DNA from: Macrostomum hystrix
Lineage: Eukaryota; Animalia; Platyhelminthes
Reading direction: 5' to 3'
NCBI GenBank assembly: GCA_950097015.1
Contig: CATNEN010000039.1
Span: 8,308,001 to 8,372,000 of the forward strand
DNA length: 64,000 nucleotides
In this document: piece after piece, positions 1 through 12,703 of the stretch
Position numbering within the stretch: the stretch's first letter is position 1
Layout: each line of letters starts with the position of its first letter
Program-made: the position numbers and the translations under genes
Notes under the pieces: model-generated
Databases searched by the model: none
Told to the model about the DNA's origin: nothing
The model's input: only the letters and a program-made list of their open reading frames with translations

Positions 1-148
1 TTTGACGCTACTACTTGAAGTACGATACAGAAAACTTTAACTTCAAATTCTACTGACTACTTACTCAGGTAGCGACCACAAACCTGATGTAGTAAATGTG
101 AATTTATCGCCTTTTCAGTTCTGAATTCGAGTTAGAGCTTGCAACTAT

Positions 149-561
149 TGGATCACCTGGTTGAAGATGAGCTCTTCAGGAGCAGCACAGTGGATCACCT
201 GGTTGAAGATGAGCTCTTCAGGAGCAGCACAGTAGATCACCTGGTTGAAGATGAGCTCTTCAGGAGCAGCACAGTGGATCACCTGGTTGAAGATGAGCTC
301 TTCAGGAGCAGCACTGTAGATCACCTGGTTGAAGATGAGCTCTTCAGGAGCAGCACAGTGGATCACCTGGTTGAAGATGAGCTCTTCAGGAGCAACACAG
401 TAGATCACCTGGTTGAAGATGAGCTCTTCAGGAGCAGCACAGTAGATCACCTGGTTGAAGATGAGCTCTTCAGGAGCAGCACAGTGGATCACCTGGTTGA
501 AGATGAGCTCTTCAGGAGCAGCACAGTAGATCACCTGGTTGAAGATGAGCTCTTCAGGAGC
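149..561. repeat. Tandem array, 42-bp unit (GGATCACCTGGTTGAAGATGAGCTCTTCAGGAGCAGCACAGT), about 10 copies
   Basis: Near-identical 42-bp period is directly visible; the ORFs on both strands are translations of the repeat. Confidence 0.95.
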
Positions 562-873
562 TGAACTGTTTGAAGATGAGGACTTCACGATCGGAAGCAC
601 ATTTCAGATTACCTGATTAATCATGAAGACTTGAGAGCCCAAAGCACACGAAAAAGGATGGAGCATAAGTCACCAGAAAAACCACTGGGAAATTTCTAAT
701 CAACATTTTTCTAGCTAAGTTGAGAAAATTTGGTTATGCAGGATTTCAAATCGAGTGTATTAAACTATGTACGAGCTGCATACCTTTGCAAGCGAATAAG
801 ACTTAGTTTTTAAAGCACAAACTGTTTAAGAATCTGATCAGTAATAGATTACTTTTTTTCTAACTGACCGTTA

Positions 874-2932
874 CACCATTTTACCCTCAATTTTGAACAA
901 CGAAAACTTCAATAGTGACAAACGCCGATTCAAATTCGACAGTTAACGGCAAGGCACGTCAAAGCTACATTCAATTTTGACACAGTCAACTTCAATTTTG
1001 AAAAGGTCCGATTTAGCCAATGCGCGAGCCAAATCCTCACTCCTCAAGTTGTCTAAAACTCTGATTCAATTTTGACACAGCGAACGACAAAAGTTACACT
1101 CTATGGTAAATTCTCCTGAATATCCGCTTCAATTTTATCAACTCCACTTCAATATAGACAGTCTACGTCCAATTTCGACGGACTTTTCATGACTATACAG
1201 TTCATGAACCATCGGGAGCTTTTGCCATAAACGAAATGGTATTGTCCAGGGTAAAAGTTAGATGAGAGCCTTCTCTTCTCCGTGTCACTCTAGTTTAATC
1301 CGCCACCTTGACTCGCTTCCGTTCCGTCCTTATTTTTATACTCCATAACTTAGAAAATTTAAATGATCGACGAGGACGCGGAATCGTTTCTGGAAGAAGA
1401 AGGTTCGGAGTCAACCGACGATCCGATTGAAGAAGAGCAGCAGCCGGAACAAAGAAGAAACCAGTCAGTTTCTGTTCAGGACCGTCAGCGCCTAATTACA
1501 GCTCATGAGAACGGAGAGGACTTCATACACCTTGCGATCCAACTGGGGATAAAGAGGACGACTGCTTATGCCATTGTTCGGACCGGCGCAATCTGTGCGC
1601 AATCTTCCAGCACAACCCACTGCTTACGCTGTCGCAGATGAACGGCATGTTGCGCAACAGATACCCAAGCAAGCCGCACGTCTCGGACAAGACCATTAGC
1701 ATCAAGCTTGACGGTGCTCTGTATACAACCAAACTGGTTCGCGACATACCGGCTGAGAGAAACTCGGTTACTACGATTGAGACCCGACGCCAGTTTGCAG
1801 AGTGGCTGTGCTCTGAGGAGACCCTGGAGATGGAGAAGATCTTTATTGATGAGTTCGGATTCAACACCTGGATGCGCCGCTCAATGGGCCGGTCCCAGAA
1901 AGGCCAACGCGCTTACAGAGTGGTTTCTGGGCAGAAGGGGCAGCGCGTGACGGTTTGCTTGGCTGTCAGCCCGACTCTTGGTGTCGTGCACTATCACACC
2001 TACGAGAAGGGCATGACAAAGGAGCGATTTGGCGAATTTGTGAGCATCACAATCGCCAACTTCCAGCAGGTGCACCCGGACCGGCGATGCAGCATTGTGA
2101 TTGACAACGTCAGCAGTCACAATGACGCTGAAGTCTTCGAACTTCCGGGTCTGATCGAGATCAAGCGACTGCCAGTCTACAGCCCATTCTTGACTCCGGT
2201 AGAGAACGCCATCTCTTGCTGGAAGGCAGCTCTGAAGCAGCGTTTGGCTCGGATCCAAGCTGACTTCATCCAGCCCACAGCAGAGCAGCTCGCAGGGCGG
2301 ACACTGGTGGCCTACAGACGTGACATCCTGTTCCGTGAAGTGGACTACACAGTCAATAGCGTCTCGGCCGAGAAGTGCGCGCACTGGTTCAACCTGTGCT
2401 ATTCGTACGTTCCACGCTGCCTGGCCTCAGAGCCGGTTGAGGGCTAGAGGCAATGAGGGACTTAATGACCTAAAAAGACTGTTTTCAATGCACCATTTGT
2501 TCGGACCCGTTTTACGTTAAATAAATTTTAACTGGTGTTTTTAATGAAGGCTTTAAGTGAGGAAATGGGACGAATATATCCAACAGATGTTACGCTCCAC
2601 CGACCACCTTTCTGTCTTACCAGTCCGTCGAAATTGGACGTAGACTGCCTATATTGAAGTGGAGTTGATAAAATTGAAGCGGATATTCAGGAGAATTTAC
2701 CATAGAGTGTAACTTTTGTCGTTCGCTGTGTCAAAATTGAATCAGAGTTTTAGACAACTTGAGGAGTGAGGATTTGGCTCGCGCATTGGCTAAATCGGAC
2801 CTTTTCAAAATTGAAGTTGACTGTGTCAAAATTGAATGTAGCTTTGACGTGCCTTGCCGTTAACTGTCGAATTTGAATCGGCGTTTGTCACTATTGAAGT
2901 TTTCGTTGTTCAAAATTGATGGTAAAATGGTG
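874..2932 (+). mobile_element. Tc1/mariner-IS630 superfamily DNA transposon, about 2.06 kb, long TIRs, TA target duplication
   Basis: TIRs 874-1184 and 2622-2932 (311 bp, about 2 mismatches seen) start CACCATTTTACC. TA flanks at 872-873 and 2933-2934. Internal transposase present. Confidence 0.95.
1363..2447 (+). pseudogene. Tc1-like DDE transposase split by a frameshift/deletion near 1585
   Basis: ORF 1363-1641 has an N-terminal HTH (QLGIKRTTAYAIV). The other frame continues NLCAIFQHNPLLTLSQM and has catalytic motifs IFIDE, IVIDN, SPFLTPVE. The inter-HTH linker appears to be missing. Confidence 0.85.
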
Positions 2933-3560
2933 TAACAAAACAGATAGCAAGAAGTAAAGATTGAAGCTTTAGCAGTTTATTAATTATATTTTCTATTAAA
3001 TTACTGATTCAGTTGTCTGCAATCAGGATGTACAAAGCTCTGACAAAAAAACTCTGCAAATGTTATTTCGAAAATTGTCATTCAAAATTTACGTTAGTAA
3101 AATTTGAGTTACAGAATTTGCCTAGATTTGCACAGCTAGGTAGATATCAATAAGCAGCATAGTTACTCAGTTGTTTCCATTTTTTCAGTAGTTTACGAGT
3201 ACATGCGAAGAGCAGTAGGAGCTACATGTCGAGCACATTTTTAGTGTGGAAGGCAGCAAAAAGTTAGATACCTCACGCAAGGCGATACGACGACTAGTGA
3301 TGAGCTACAGTTTGTTTTAATAATGCGAATTTCGATTTTAATCAGCTGGTGTTACAACTGTTATAACTCTGTAATCGTACTTTAGGAGGGCGCAAAAAAG
3401 TAACAAAAAGCGTGTTAAGCAAAGTCAGAGGATTGCATCTCTAACAGACTGTTCCTAGATTTCGCATCGAGTAAAGCGAGTTGGCTGACGGTAGCGACTG
3501 TGGCACCAAAATAGCTAATGGGCAACGGCCAACATAGGAACTGAATGATAATCAAGGATT

Positions 3561-3905
3561 CAATAATAATGATAATTGCAGGAGGGCTGCGGGCAATGGC
3601 ACATCATTTGGTGACACTAGACCCGCAGCCAGCGAGGAGGCAATTCTGCACCCATTTCGGTGACTCCTGAGCACACACGCACACAGATACTAGACGCAGG
3701 TACACGCTTACACAGGTGTGTACATCTACCCTGACTTTCTCATCGTCAGGCAGTGTACACTATCACTGTGCCTTGGAGGTTGGCCCTCAAGGGCGTCAAT
3801 TGCCACAGCTGCGCCCCATATGAATGTGGCCTCACGACGGAATCGAGCTCAGGGACCTTGGTGCGCTGGCAAGTGCGTTAGACCACTCTGCCACGATCCC
3901 CTATC
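3561..3905 (-). mobile_element. tRNA-derived SINE family A, copy 1 (with TSD)
   Basis: Minus-strand head GTGGCAGAGTGG...GAGCTCGATTCC (A/B boxes), (ATT)n tail, 11-bp TSD AATCAAGGATT at 3550-3560 and 3906-3916. Confidence 0.9.
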
Positions 3906-4058
3906 AATCAAGGATTTTAACTACGATTTGATTGGCAAAACTTGGCAAAGTCAAAGTACATTAGCTTTCTAGGGATAATCCAGACACAGCTTAACACAGG
4001 CAGAAGCGAGAAGCGAGGAAAATGCAACGAAGCAACTGACGGGCCGGCGAACCACCCC

Positions 4059-4534
4059 TCAGGCCAGTCCTGAGGCTGCGTTCGCCGACACAAGCTGGCT
4101 CAGCTCGAACACCATGCCGAGAGACTCGGCGATGTATCTCGACAGCTGGCTGGCCAACTGCTGCTGCCACTCCGCCGGAGCGGTTTCCATGACCGCCTTG
4201 GAAGTGCGCAAGATGGCCTTGAGCTGGTGGCTCAGCCGGCAAACAAGCTGCTCAAGTGAGGCCTTCAGCTGCACCGAGTGCAGGCCCTCGAGCAGCATTG
4301 TTGCCATCTGGCTGAGCTTGTAGGCGCGGGACACCAGGGTGCGGCAGTGGGCGCCGATCACAGCAGCGGACGACAGACGCGAAGCCAGAGCTGCCTGGAC
4401 GTCCTGGCACATGGCCGCGTAGCCTTCACTGCCTGCTCGGAACCGCTCGCTGTGCAGAGCCAAGAGTTCTCGGTCACCCGGTGGCAGACCAGACGAAATG
4501 TCTGTGAGCAGGCTCATGCGCATGTAGTCTGATG

Positions 4535-4565
<31 letters not shown>

Positions 4566-7500
4566 AGACCCGCTCGAGCGTGACGACGCTATCGATAGCC
4601 TGTTGCATTGGATTGGAGAGATTTATTAAACCCATTTATAACTTCTAAACTGCTCCCATCCCGTATTATTCGTGATCAGATAGATAAACAAAAAATGACG
4701 CCTATCCCAGTGTATAGGCAGTTGCACAGTCGCAGTAATTGTTTGGCGCAAGCAAAGGGTTGTTCAGCTTTGTTCAGTCAATGGACTCGTGGCGGGTGCT
4801 TTATCCATCCGCTTATAGGTAGAGGAGTTATGTTAAGAACCAAGATGTAGTGTAAACCAGTCCTCTTGAAATTGTCAGTGTAAAGTACAACAAACTCTCA
4901 CCGTTGCATCTGCTGCTGCTGCTGATTTCGCCATTCGTGAGTCTCGATTGGGATAATCCGCTCGTCCAGTTGATCCAGCACAGCCGGGAATAGCAGGGGC
5001 GCATTTGCGTGCACTGCAGTTGACAGGGCTCGTTGCTGAATCTGCAGGTCGCGCGCGGAGCTGACGCAGAAGCCGAGGTAGTCAGTGGCCGGCTCTGAGC
5101 ACGCCTCGGCCACCAGCCGTGGGTTCCAGTCAACTCGACTGATGCCAGCAACTGCATCGGCGAATTCCAGTGCATTGCGCTCGAACACGCGCAGGTGCTT
5201 CCACACCTTCTTGCAGAGTGCGCGATCTGGACAGGCCTCTAGACGGGCATTGTTAAGCACTCCGTAGTGGAACTCAACGAGCTGGCTTAGAAGCTCGTTC
5301 AGTTCGGTGATGGTCGGCCTGATACTCGCCATATTCAGCGCCAACGAAGCCTCTGCCTTCCAGCGGCTGTGGATGAACTTGTACAGCCGAGAGCAGCGAT
5401 CGCTAAAGTCCGTCTCTAGCTGGCGCAGCCGGCTGACTGCGTCAGGCAGCGCCAAACGTAGCTGGCACTCAGGACGGAAGGCGATGTCCTCCGAATCTAT
5501 TGATTCTGTGTTGGACATCAGACTGCGCTTGTCGGATTCCAACAAAAAGTCGCTGACGCTGCCGCTGCCGCCAACACTGCCGCTGCCACCTGCCGGAGAT
5601 GATAATAGGTCATCAAGGAACTCTTGTGTGATTCTGTGCTGCTGCTGTTTCGGCTGTTTTTCAGTGCGCTGCTGAAGAGACTCAGAAGACTCTGTGGACG
5701 CCGCAGCGGCTGCAGCGGCACCGATGTTCTGATAATCCGAACCGCTCTCAACGCTTCCACCCACGCTGTAGTCGTAGTCGCCCATGTCAATGGTTGCTCG
5801 CGTTGGCTGCGTTGGTGGCAGCGCATAGTCGCTGTCTTGATCGCCTCCAGTGCCACTGGTATCAGCACTGCTAGCGACGCCAAGCAACTCCGCTTGACTC
5901 GGCAGTTCGTCATAGTTGGGCGACGATATTTTCACAGACTCGGCAACTTCTGGGGGTAGCGTAGGCACCATGGCGTAATCTGCGTTTTTTAGATCGTCGT
6001 AGAAGCTGTCGGGCGTTCCGTTGCCTCCGCTGTTTCCTCCGGCGATAACGCCTATCCCGCCGGCACCTTCCTTATTATCATCAAACCTGACGGACTTCTG
6101 CTGCTTTCCCAGGAAAAGCAAAAGGTTGCTGCCGCCGCAACCATTCGCCAACCGCGCAGAGGGAGATGGAGAGGTCGACGACGCTGACGGCGACTGCGAG
6201 TGCGGCGTCTGAGGCGACTGTGAATTGGTCGGCTGTGTGTCCGGCGTCTGTTTCAGCCCGGTGTTGTCGTAGAGATCCCACGCTGAGCTCGACTTCTGGC
6301 CGGCGTCTTCGGTCAGCGAAGCTTTGGCTGCTGCAGCAAGGCTGGCGGCGCCAGTGCGTGAGACTGGCGACTTCTTCCTTTTCGCCGTAGATGACGAACT
6401 TCCGACAGCATCCTCTGGTGCCTGTTTGAAATTGTAACAACGGTGATGGAAATTTCACAACGGTGGGCATACGAAATAACTTTTTCAGCGTCAAACGATC
6501 TCCCAAGACAAATTCTCCATTGTTTTAATCTATTCAACCTTACTGAAATACGAGCGTAAATTGCATCGATCCTCTTCTCATTCCCAGACTCTCATTTTTT
6601 CCACTGCGATCGAATCACCGAGGTGAGCTACGTTTAGTTAGGCCAAAAATGTACAGGTAACAAATTTCGCTCCTCTAAACACACATGTGGATAATATGGA
6701 CTTTGTCCAAATTAAGCGACTGCGCACTTCGTTGGTCACCAACGTCGCACATTGAGGCGGACGGAGCATTAATGGGTTGCAATAAAACTGCTTGTATGAT
6801 TTTGAACTTGTAGGACGTGATTTTTTGCAACTTTTTTTATTTGCCAGTGCAGCCATTGGGCCCAATTTAGCTAATAAATTGCGCCTAGTTGAAGACATTT
6901 AGCTAAATATTTGACTCTCGACACATCAGGCCCCTAAAATCAAGCATCAATCACAATGTCAGAAACGATACAGTGACAGCTTACCGATTTTGCTCCAACG
7001 CAGCAAAGAAATTTCTTCCAAAACGGCATGCGAAATCGAATCAATAATTTATGGGGAGATGCTGCGGTGAGAAATCACTGAGAAGGCAGACGATTCACTT
7101 ATCAAAAGGAGTTCGCATTTTACGAACAGCTATCTTGAAATCATTGGGTTCCTGGTTTAGATTAGCTGGTTTCGTTCCTATAGACAGATAAGTAGCGATA
7201 ACAGGCTACTCTAACTGGCTTAGGGTGGCAACCAAAGCCGAGCACTGTGAGAGAATGCACAACAACGCGAAATGCACATATGATTATATATTAAAAGTAA
7301 AGCTTTTATTGCCTAGTGGAAGAAGGACCGGGGCAGAGAGGCGCGAATATTGGACGCATTTTTTGGTGCACATTGTGTACATTCTCAAAGCAATAGTTAA
7401 GCATAAGAGCTGCTTGGTGAGACTCGAACCAGGGCGGTGGGGTGGGTATTTCGAGTTCTTAGCTCCACTCGCTGCCCCGACGCCTCAAAATGTTTTTCTT

Positions 7501-9706
7501 CCCTGAAAGCTTTTTTTCTGGTCCACTTTAACGAGTTTAGAGAGGCCCGCACAGGCCTCCATATTGTGCCTTCGCCAGCCGAAGGAGGCAATTACAATTG
7601 GCTTTTTTCAGTAAACACTGCAGGTAGACTCACGACTGGCGTTCCAAGCCTGACAGCCTTCACTGTGTCATGCTAAACGATAACTGCACAGAGTACCTCA
7701 GAACCCAAACATCTACTGCGCACCTGTGCCTGCCCATACATTATTGTTTAAACTCTCCGAATGCAAAAAACAAATACTCGTAGCGACCGCAGTGAATTTA
7801 AACTAAACAACTGCGCAAGCAGATCTTCTCTGTCACTTTACATCTTCTTTCAGAGGCTCAAGGGGCATCTCAGATTCATCTCATCTACCATTCTTATCTT
7901 TCCACTATTTCATCCCTCACAGGTCTTACCTCTCACACATCTCATCTATCATCCCTCTCATCTCCTGCGTATCTCGTCCCTCCTATCTTATCCCCCCGTG
8001 ACACATCTCCCCGGAGTCTCATCTCCCCTGTGTCTTATCTCCCCCCCGTGACACATCTCCCCGTAGTCTCATCTCCACCCTTGACACATCTCTCCGGAGT
8101 CTCATCTCCCCCGTGTCTCATCTCCCCCGTGTCTCACTTCCTCCGTATCTCATCTCTCCCGTGTCTCATCTCCCCCGTGTCTCATCTCCCCCGTATCTCA
8201 CCTCTTCCATGTCTCATCTCTCCCCTGTATCATCTCTCCCCTGTCTCATCTCTCCCCTGTCTCATCTCTCCCCTGTCTCATCTCTCCCATGTCTCATCTC
8301 TACCCTGCCACATCTCTCCCCTGTCTCATGTCTCTCCTGTCTCATCTCTACCCTGTCTCATCTCTCCCCTGTCTCATCTCTCCCCTGTCTCATCTCTCCC
8401 CTGTCTCATCTCTCCCCTGTCTCATCTCTCCCCTGTCTCATCTCTCCCCTGCCTCATCTCTCCCCTGTCTCATCTCTCCCCTGTCTCATCTCTCCCCTGT
8501 CTCATCTCTCCCCTGTCTCATCTCTCCCCTGTCTCATCTCTCACCGTCTGATTATCACCAGTCTCATCCCTCACCTGTCTCATCTCTCCCCTGTCTCATC
8601 TCTTTCCTGTCTTGCTTCGAACATGGCCTATAGGACTTTTAGCATCTCAAATTCCATTGGATTTTTTAGACCGTAAAGTGCAGATTTTATCACCGCAAGT
8701 CAAATTACTTAAATGCCGTGTCTATGCATGCATATAAAGTCTCGAATTCGATTTTTTTTGTACCCCCGATGACTGAAACCGGCCCTGCTAACCTCCAGTA
8801 CTCCGACGAGTTGCAGCCGGTTGGCAGGCGCTATTCCGGTGCGACCCCGGTAGGCGCACAGCCACCAGCCAGCAAGGCCAGGCGGCTGCTGGTCCAACAC
8901 CGTCAGGATCGCGTCGCGTCGAAAGTGCAGCTCAGTCTCGTAATTCGACTGGTTGTCGTATAGAGCCTTGGCTAGCAGCACCTGCGAACGGTGTTTGTGG
9001 GGAGTGTGATGGGGTGACATTGTGAGGACTGACATTGTGATGGACTGACATTGTGATTGAGTGACATTGTGATTGAGTGACAATGTCATAGAGTGACATT
9101 ATGATGAGTGACGGTTTGATGGAGTGACAGTGTAATGGTGTGACAATGGGATGGCGTGACAGCTTGACGACGAAGGGACCGTTTGATAGAGTGACAGTAT
9201 GATAGAGTGACTGTATGATAGAGTGACAGTATGATAGAGTGACTGTATGATAGAGTGACAGTATGATGAAGTGACAGTATGATGAAGTGACAGTATGATA
9301 GAGTGACTGTATGATAGAGTGACAGTATGATAGAGTGACAGTAGGATAGAGTGACAGTATGATAGAGTGACAGTATGATAGAGTGACAGTATGATAGAGT
9401 TAAAATAAAAAATGAAAGTATATCTAAAAACGGTGGATCCCATAGATTTAGCAGTGTTGAAACGATAGAACCTTATCAAAATGGACCATCAAAATGCTAT
9501 TAATTGAAGAACAATTCCAAGAATATCATGGACGATCCGGTAGTTTAAATTTCGTTCAAGCACAAAACCGCTGAACTCAAGCCTTCTGAAGCCAGACTCA
9601 CAGCACTCGCCAGCACTGGTCTGGGCGTCGGCTTGGAGATGCTGACATCACGATGCCAGGAGATGCTCCTCGAATCGCTGCCAATGCACCTGAGCAGCAG
9701 GTTCAT
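4059..9706 (-). CDS. BCAR1-like: p130Cas/BCAR1/NEDD9-family adaptor; exons 9706-9602, 8981-8793 (SH3), 6421-4902, 4599-4059
   Basis: The SH3 exon VLLAKALYDNQSNYETELHFRRDAILTVLDQQPPGLAGWWLCAYRGRTGIAPANRL is Cas-type. GT-AG junctions keep frame (phases 0,0,2). A Tyr/Ser-rich middle, helical region and helical C-terminal (FAT-like) domain follow. Confidence 0.88.
7900..8610. repeat. 17-bp pyrimidine-rich minisatellite (CTGTCTCATCTCTCCCC)n in Cas intron
   Basis: Direct tandem period; the same unit recurs at 10420-10690 and 53815-53900. Confidence 0.95.
9015..9400. repeat. 14-16-bp minisatellite (GACAGTATGATAGAGT)n
   Basis: Direct tandem period, degenerate at the left end. Confidence 0.9.
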
Positions 9707-10419
9707 GGTTAAGCGCGAGGCTGCACAGACTCAAGTCTTTGAGAGGCGACTCAATTCTAAGGATTTCGTTGGTCTGCAGAAAGATTATCAAACCGAAACA
9801 GAGGCCTAAAATATAGTAAACAAGTTTTCCTAATAATTTTCTGCGAGTATATTCTGGTGAGCTGGTAACACTATTTCTACTCTGCTGGCCAATCGCAGGG
9901 TTCAGTCTGCTTTCCTTCTGGCAGGAAGAAATAAAGGAAAGGCGGAGAACTGCCGAAAGTATTTCTGAGGTTGTTTGGTTCGTCTTTTAGTCTTCCATTG
10001 GTGCGAGTAATCACCTCCACATTTGCTGCTGCTAAGCGGAAGGGGCTACAAACAAGCGACAATTAGACACAGCAGCAGCTGCTGCGGCATGCAAAACGAT
10101 TCGCTACCTTGAAGGAACGCCACTTGGCCTGGAAACTCTGTCGCTAACATTTCACTTCCAGCCGACTTTTTTGGAAGGAAATTTGGTGCAAAATCTGCAC
10201 TCTAAAAACAGCTACGAATGTTGCTCATCTGTTTTACCTTATTAACAGAGTGGAAAGCTTAATCAACATTTTTTTTGGTTTTCTAGTTAAAAAAACTGAA
10301 ATTCTACAGGTACTTGGTGCCCTTGTGATTTCAAATATACATTTAAGGTCTAAAGCTGCATTCAGGGGGGCCGCAACCACTGGCCCGGAGACCCATACAG
10401 CTCACGAATTCTGGCCTTT

Positions 10420-10690
10420 CATCTCTCCCGTCTCATCTCTCCCATGTCTCGTCTCATCCCTTGTCTAATCTCACCCCTATCTCATCTCTCCACTGTCTCA
10501 TCTCTCCACTTTCTCATCTCTCCCCTGTCTCATCTCTCCCCTGTCTCATCTCATCCCTATCTCATCTCATCCCAGTCTCATCTCTCCCCTGTCTCATCTC
10601 TCTACTGTCTCATCTCATCCTATCTCATCTCTCCCCTGTCTCTTCTCTTCCCTGTCTCATCTCTCCCCTGTCTCATCTCTCCCCTGTCTC
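10420..10690. repeat. 17-bp minisatellite (CTGTCTCATCTCTCCCC)n, second locus
   Basis: Same unit as 7900-8610. Confidence 0.9.
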
Positions 10691-11297
10691 CTAGTGTCAT
10701 TTGTGTCATTTTTCACCAAAAAAGTCAACATAGAAGCATTCATTTTCGATGCGATGGTATGTCAGGTGTTCTGAAATCCAGTTAATATTGTTTTTCATTC
10801 GGTTTCAGTGGCAGCAAATTGGTCTTCAGAATCCAAACGATTGTTTCTCTCTGTCCAACCTACTACATAGGAATGTTTACGTTAATTTAAAAAGCCTAGA
10901 CAATGCTTCTACCTGGCTTTTTGCTGTTGCAAAAACAGAGAGGCAATCGCGTTGGTCGCAAATAAACCTATAACTAGTCAGCTTCCAAAAGGCAAGTAGG
11001 TTTTACAGCAAGCAACAGCCGTTAAAATTGCTCCTAGCATTGACATATTTGCCTGAACTTTGGTAGAAAGCATGGAGCCTATTAGCAACTGACCCCGTGA
11101 CAAATGCGCCGCGGCACACAGACCATCACTTCCTGCTGTCATGATGGCAAAGTGGCTTCTGAAAATAATTCTATAAACCTTTACCTTCAACACACAAAAC
11201 ATGACAGTTTATCCTATAGTAGAAGAGAAGACATATGATAAGATTAAGCGTTTGTTGGTTCGAGCTAAGAAGAAATCCCTTTCAGGAGAAACGCTGA

Positions 11298-11602
11298 GGA
11301 TTTGGGTAAGGATTGGGGTAAGGATTGGGGTTTTGGATTGGGTTAAGGATTGGGGTAAGACTGAAGGATTGGGGTAAGACCGAAGGATTGGGGTAAGACC
11401 GAAGGATTGGGGTAAGACCAAAGGATTGGGGTAAGACCGAAGGATTGGGGTAAGACCGAAGGATTGGGGTAAGACCGGAGGATTGAGGTAAGACCGGAGG
11501 ATTGGGGTAAGACCGAAGGATTGAGGTAAGACCGAAGGATTGAGGTAAGACCGGAGGATTGGGGTAAGACCGAAGGATTGAGGTAAGACCGAAGGATTGG
11601 GG
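11298..11602. repeat. 19-bp G-rich minisatellite (GAAGGATTGGGGTAAGACC)n
   Basis: Direct tandem period. Confidence 0.92.
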
Positions 11603-12163
11603 AAGATTTTTTCCGCCAGCTAGCAGGTAAAAATGTAGCAAAAAATCTCGCATCTTACCATGCCAATGATAGCACAGCAGAGGTGACTGTAGCTACTTGT
11701 TGAGCAATTTATATAAGCGATAGATCACAACATTTAGTCAGCTTGAAGACCAAAAAGAAGAATTTCACTTGAAGAAAACTGTAGGGCTGTACAGCATTTA
11801 TACTTTTGTCGAGTACGTTGCTTTCGCCGCTTAGGCAGCAGAAACTATCTTTTGTACTGGTATATTCGTTGCCAAATTAGACGATTTTGTTTAGATTTTG
11901 ATTCTGGCCATTGCGGTGTTGATAAGATAATCAAATAATGTGCGTGTGTACGTTAAATAGAAATGGTCATTTATCAATGCACATGCCATATCGTACAATA
12001 TTACCAGCGCATTTCAGGCAAGATTATATATTATTCTGAATGCACTTAATTAGATCATTACCAAGTTGAGCCGAAAAAACCATAAATGTCTATAGCTCTA
12101 CTTACAACCGACTGGCAAGTAGGCATGATGGACTGTTTTAACTTAAACAGATAAATAAAATTT

Positions 12164-12703
12164 ATCGGGGACTGAGGTCAACACACTGAAGGATCGGGGA
12201 CTAAGGTCAACACACTGAAGGATCGGGGACTGAGGTCAAAGCACTGAAGGATCGGGGACTGAGGTCAACACACTGAAGGATCGGGGACTGAGGTCAACGC
12301 ACTGAAGGATCGGGGACTGAGTTCAACACACTGAAGGATCGGGGACTGAGGTCAACACACTGAAGGATCGGGGACTGAGGTCAACACACTGAAGGATCGG
12401 GGACTGAGGTCAACACACTGAAGGATCGGGGACTGAGGTCAACACACTGAAGGATCGGGGACTGAGGTCAACACACTGAAGGATCGGGGACTGAGGTCAA
12501 CACACTGAAGGATCGGGGACTGAGGTCAACACACTGAAGGATCGGGGACTGAGGTCAACACACTGAAGGATCGGGGACTGAGGTCAACACACTGAAGGAT
12601 CGGGGACTGAGGTCAACACACTGAAGGATCGGGGACTGATGTCAACGCACTTAAGGATCATGGACTGAGGTCAACATCCTGAAGTATCGGGGACTGGGGT
12701 CAA
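12164..12703. repeat. 29-bp minisatellite (GAAGGATCGGGGACTGAGGTCAACACACT)n
   Basis: About 18 near-identical copies. Confidence 0.95.

Noticed and set aside
149-561. CRISPR-like palindromic repeat array or 141/151-aa protein
   Set aside because: No unique spacers, eukaryotic context, no cas genes; the ORFs are repeat translations.
1560-1641. Programmed -1 frameshift in the transposase
   Set aside because: No slippery heptamer or A-run; the missing linker residues point to a deletion.
3620-3650. SINE A contains GCCTCCTCGCTGGC (minus strand), identical to the P3/L3 of the HDV genomic ribozyme
   Set aside because: The GG needed for P1.1 does not follow the putative P1 strand, P2 and J4/2 are unconvincing, and the segment pairs better in the 3' stem. 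An Infernal/RNArobo search of the consensus would settle it.
7900-9400. Arrays flanking the SH3 exon as an inverted pair regulating splicing
   Set aside because: Similarity between the 17-bp and reverse-complemented 16-bp units is limited to CTGTC and general composition.
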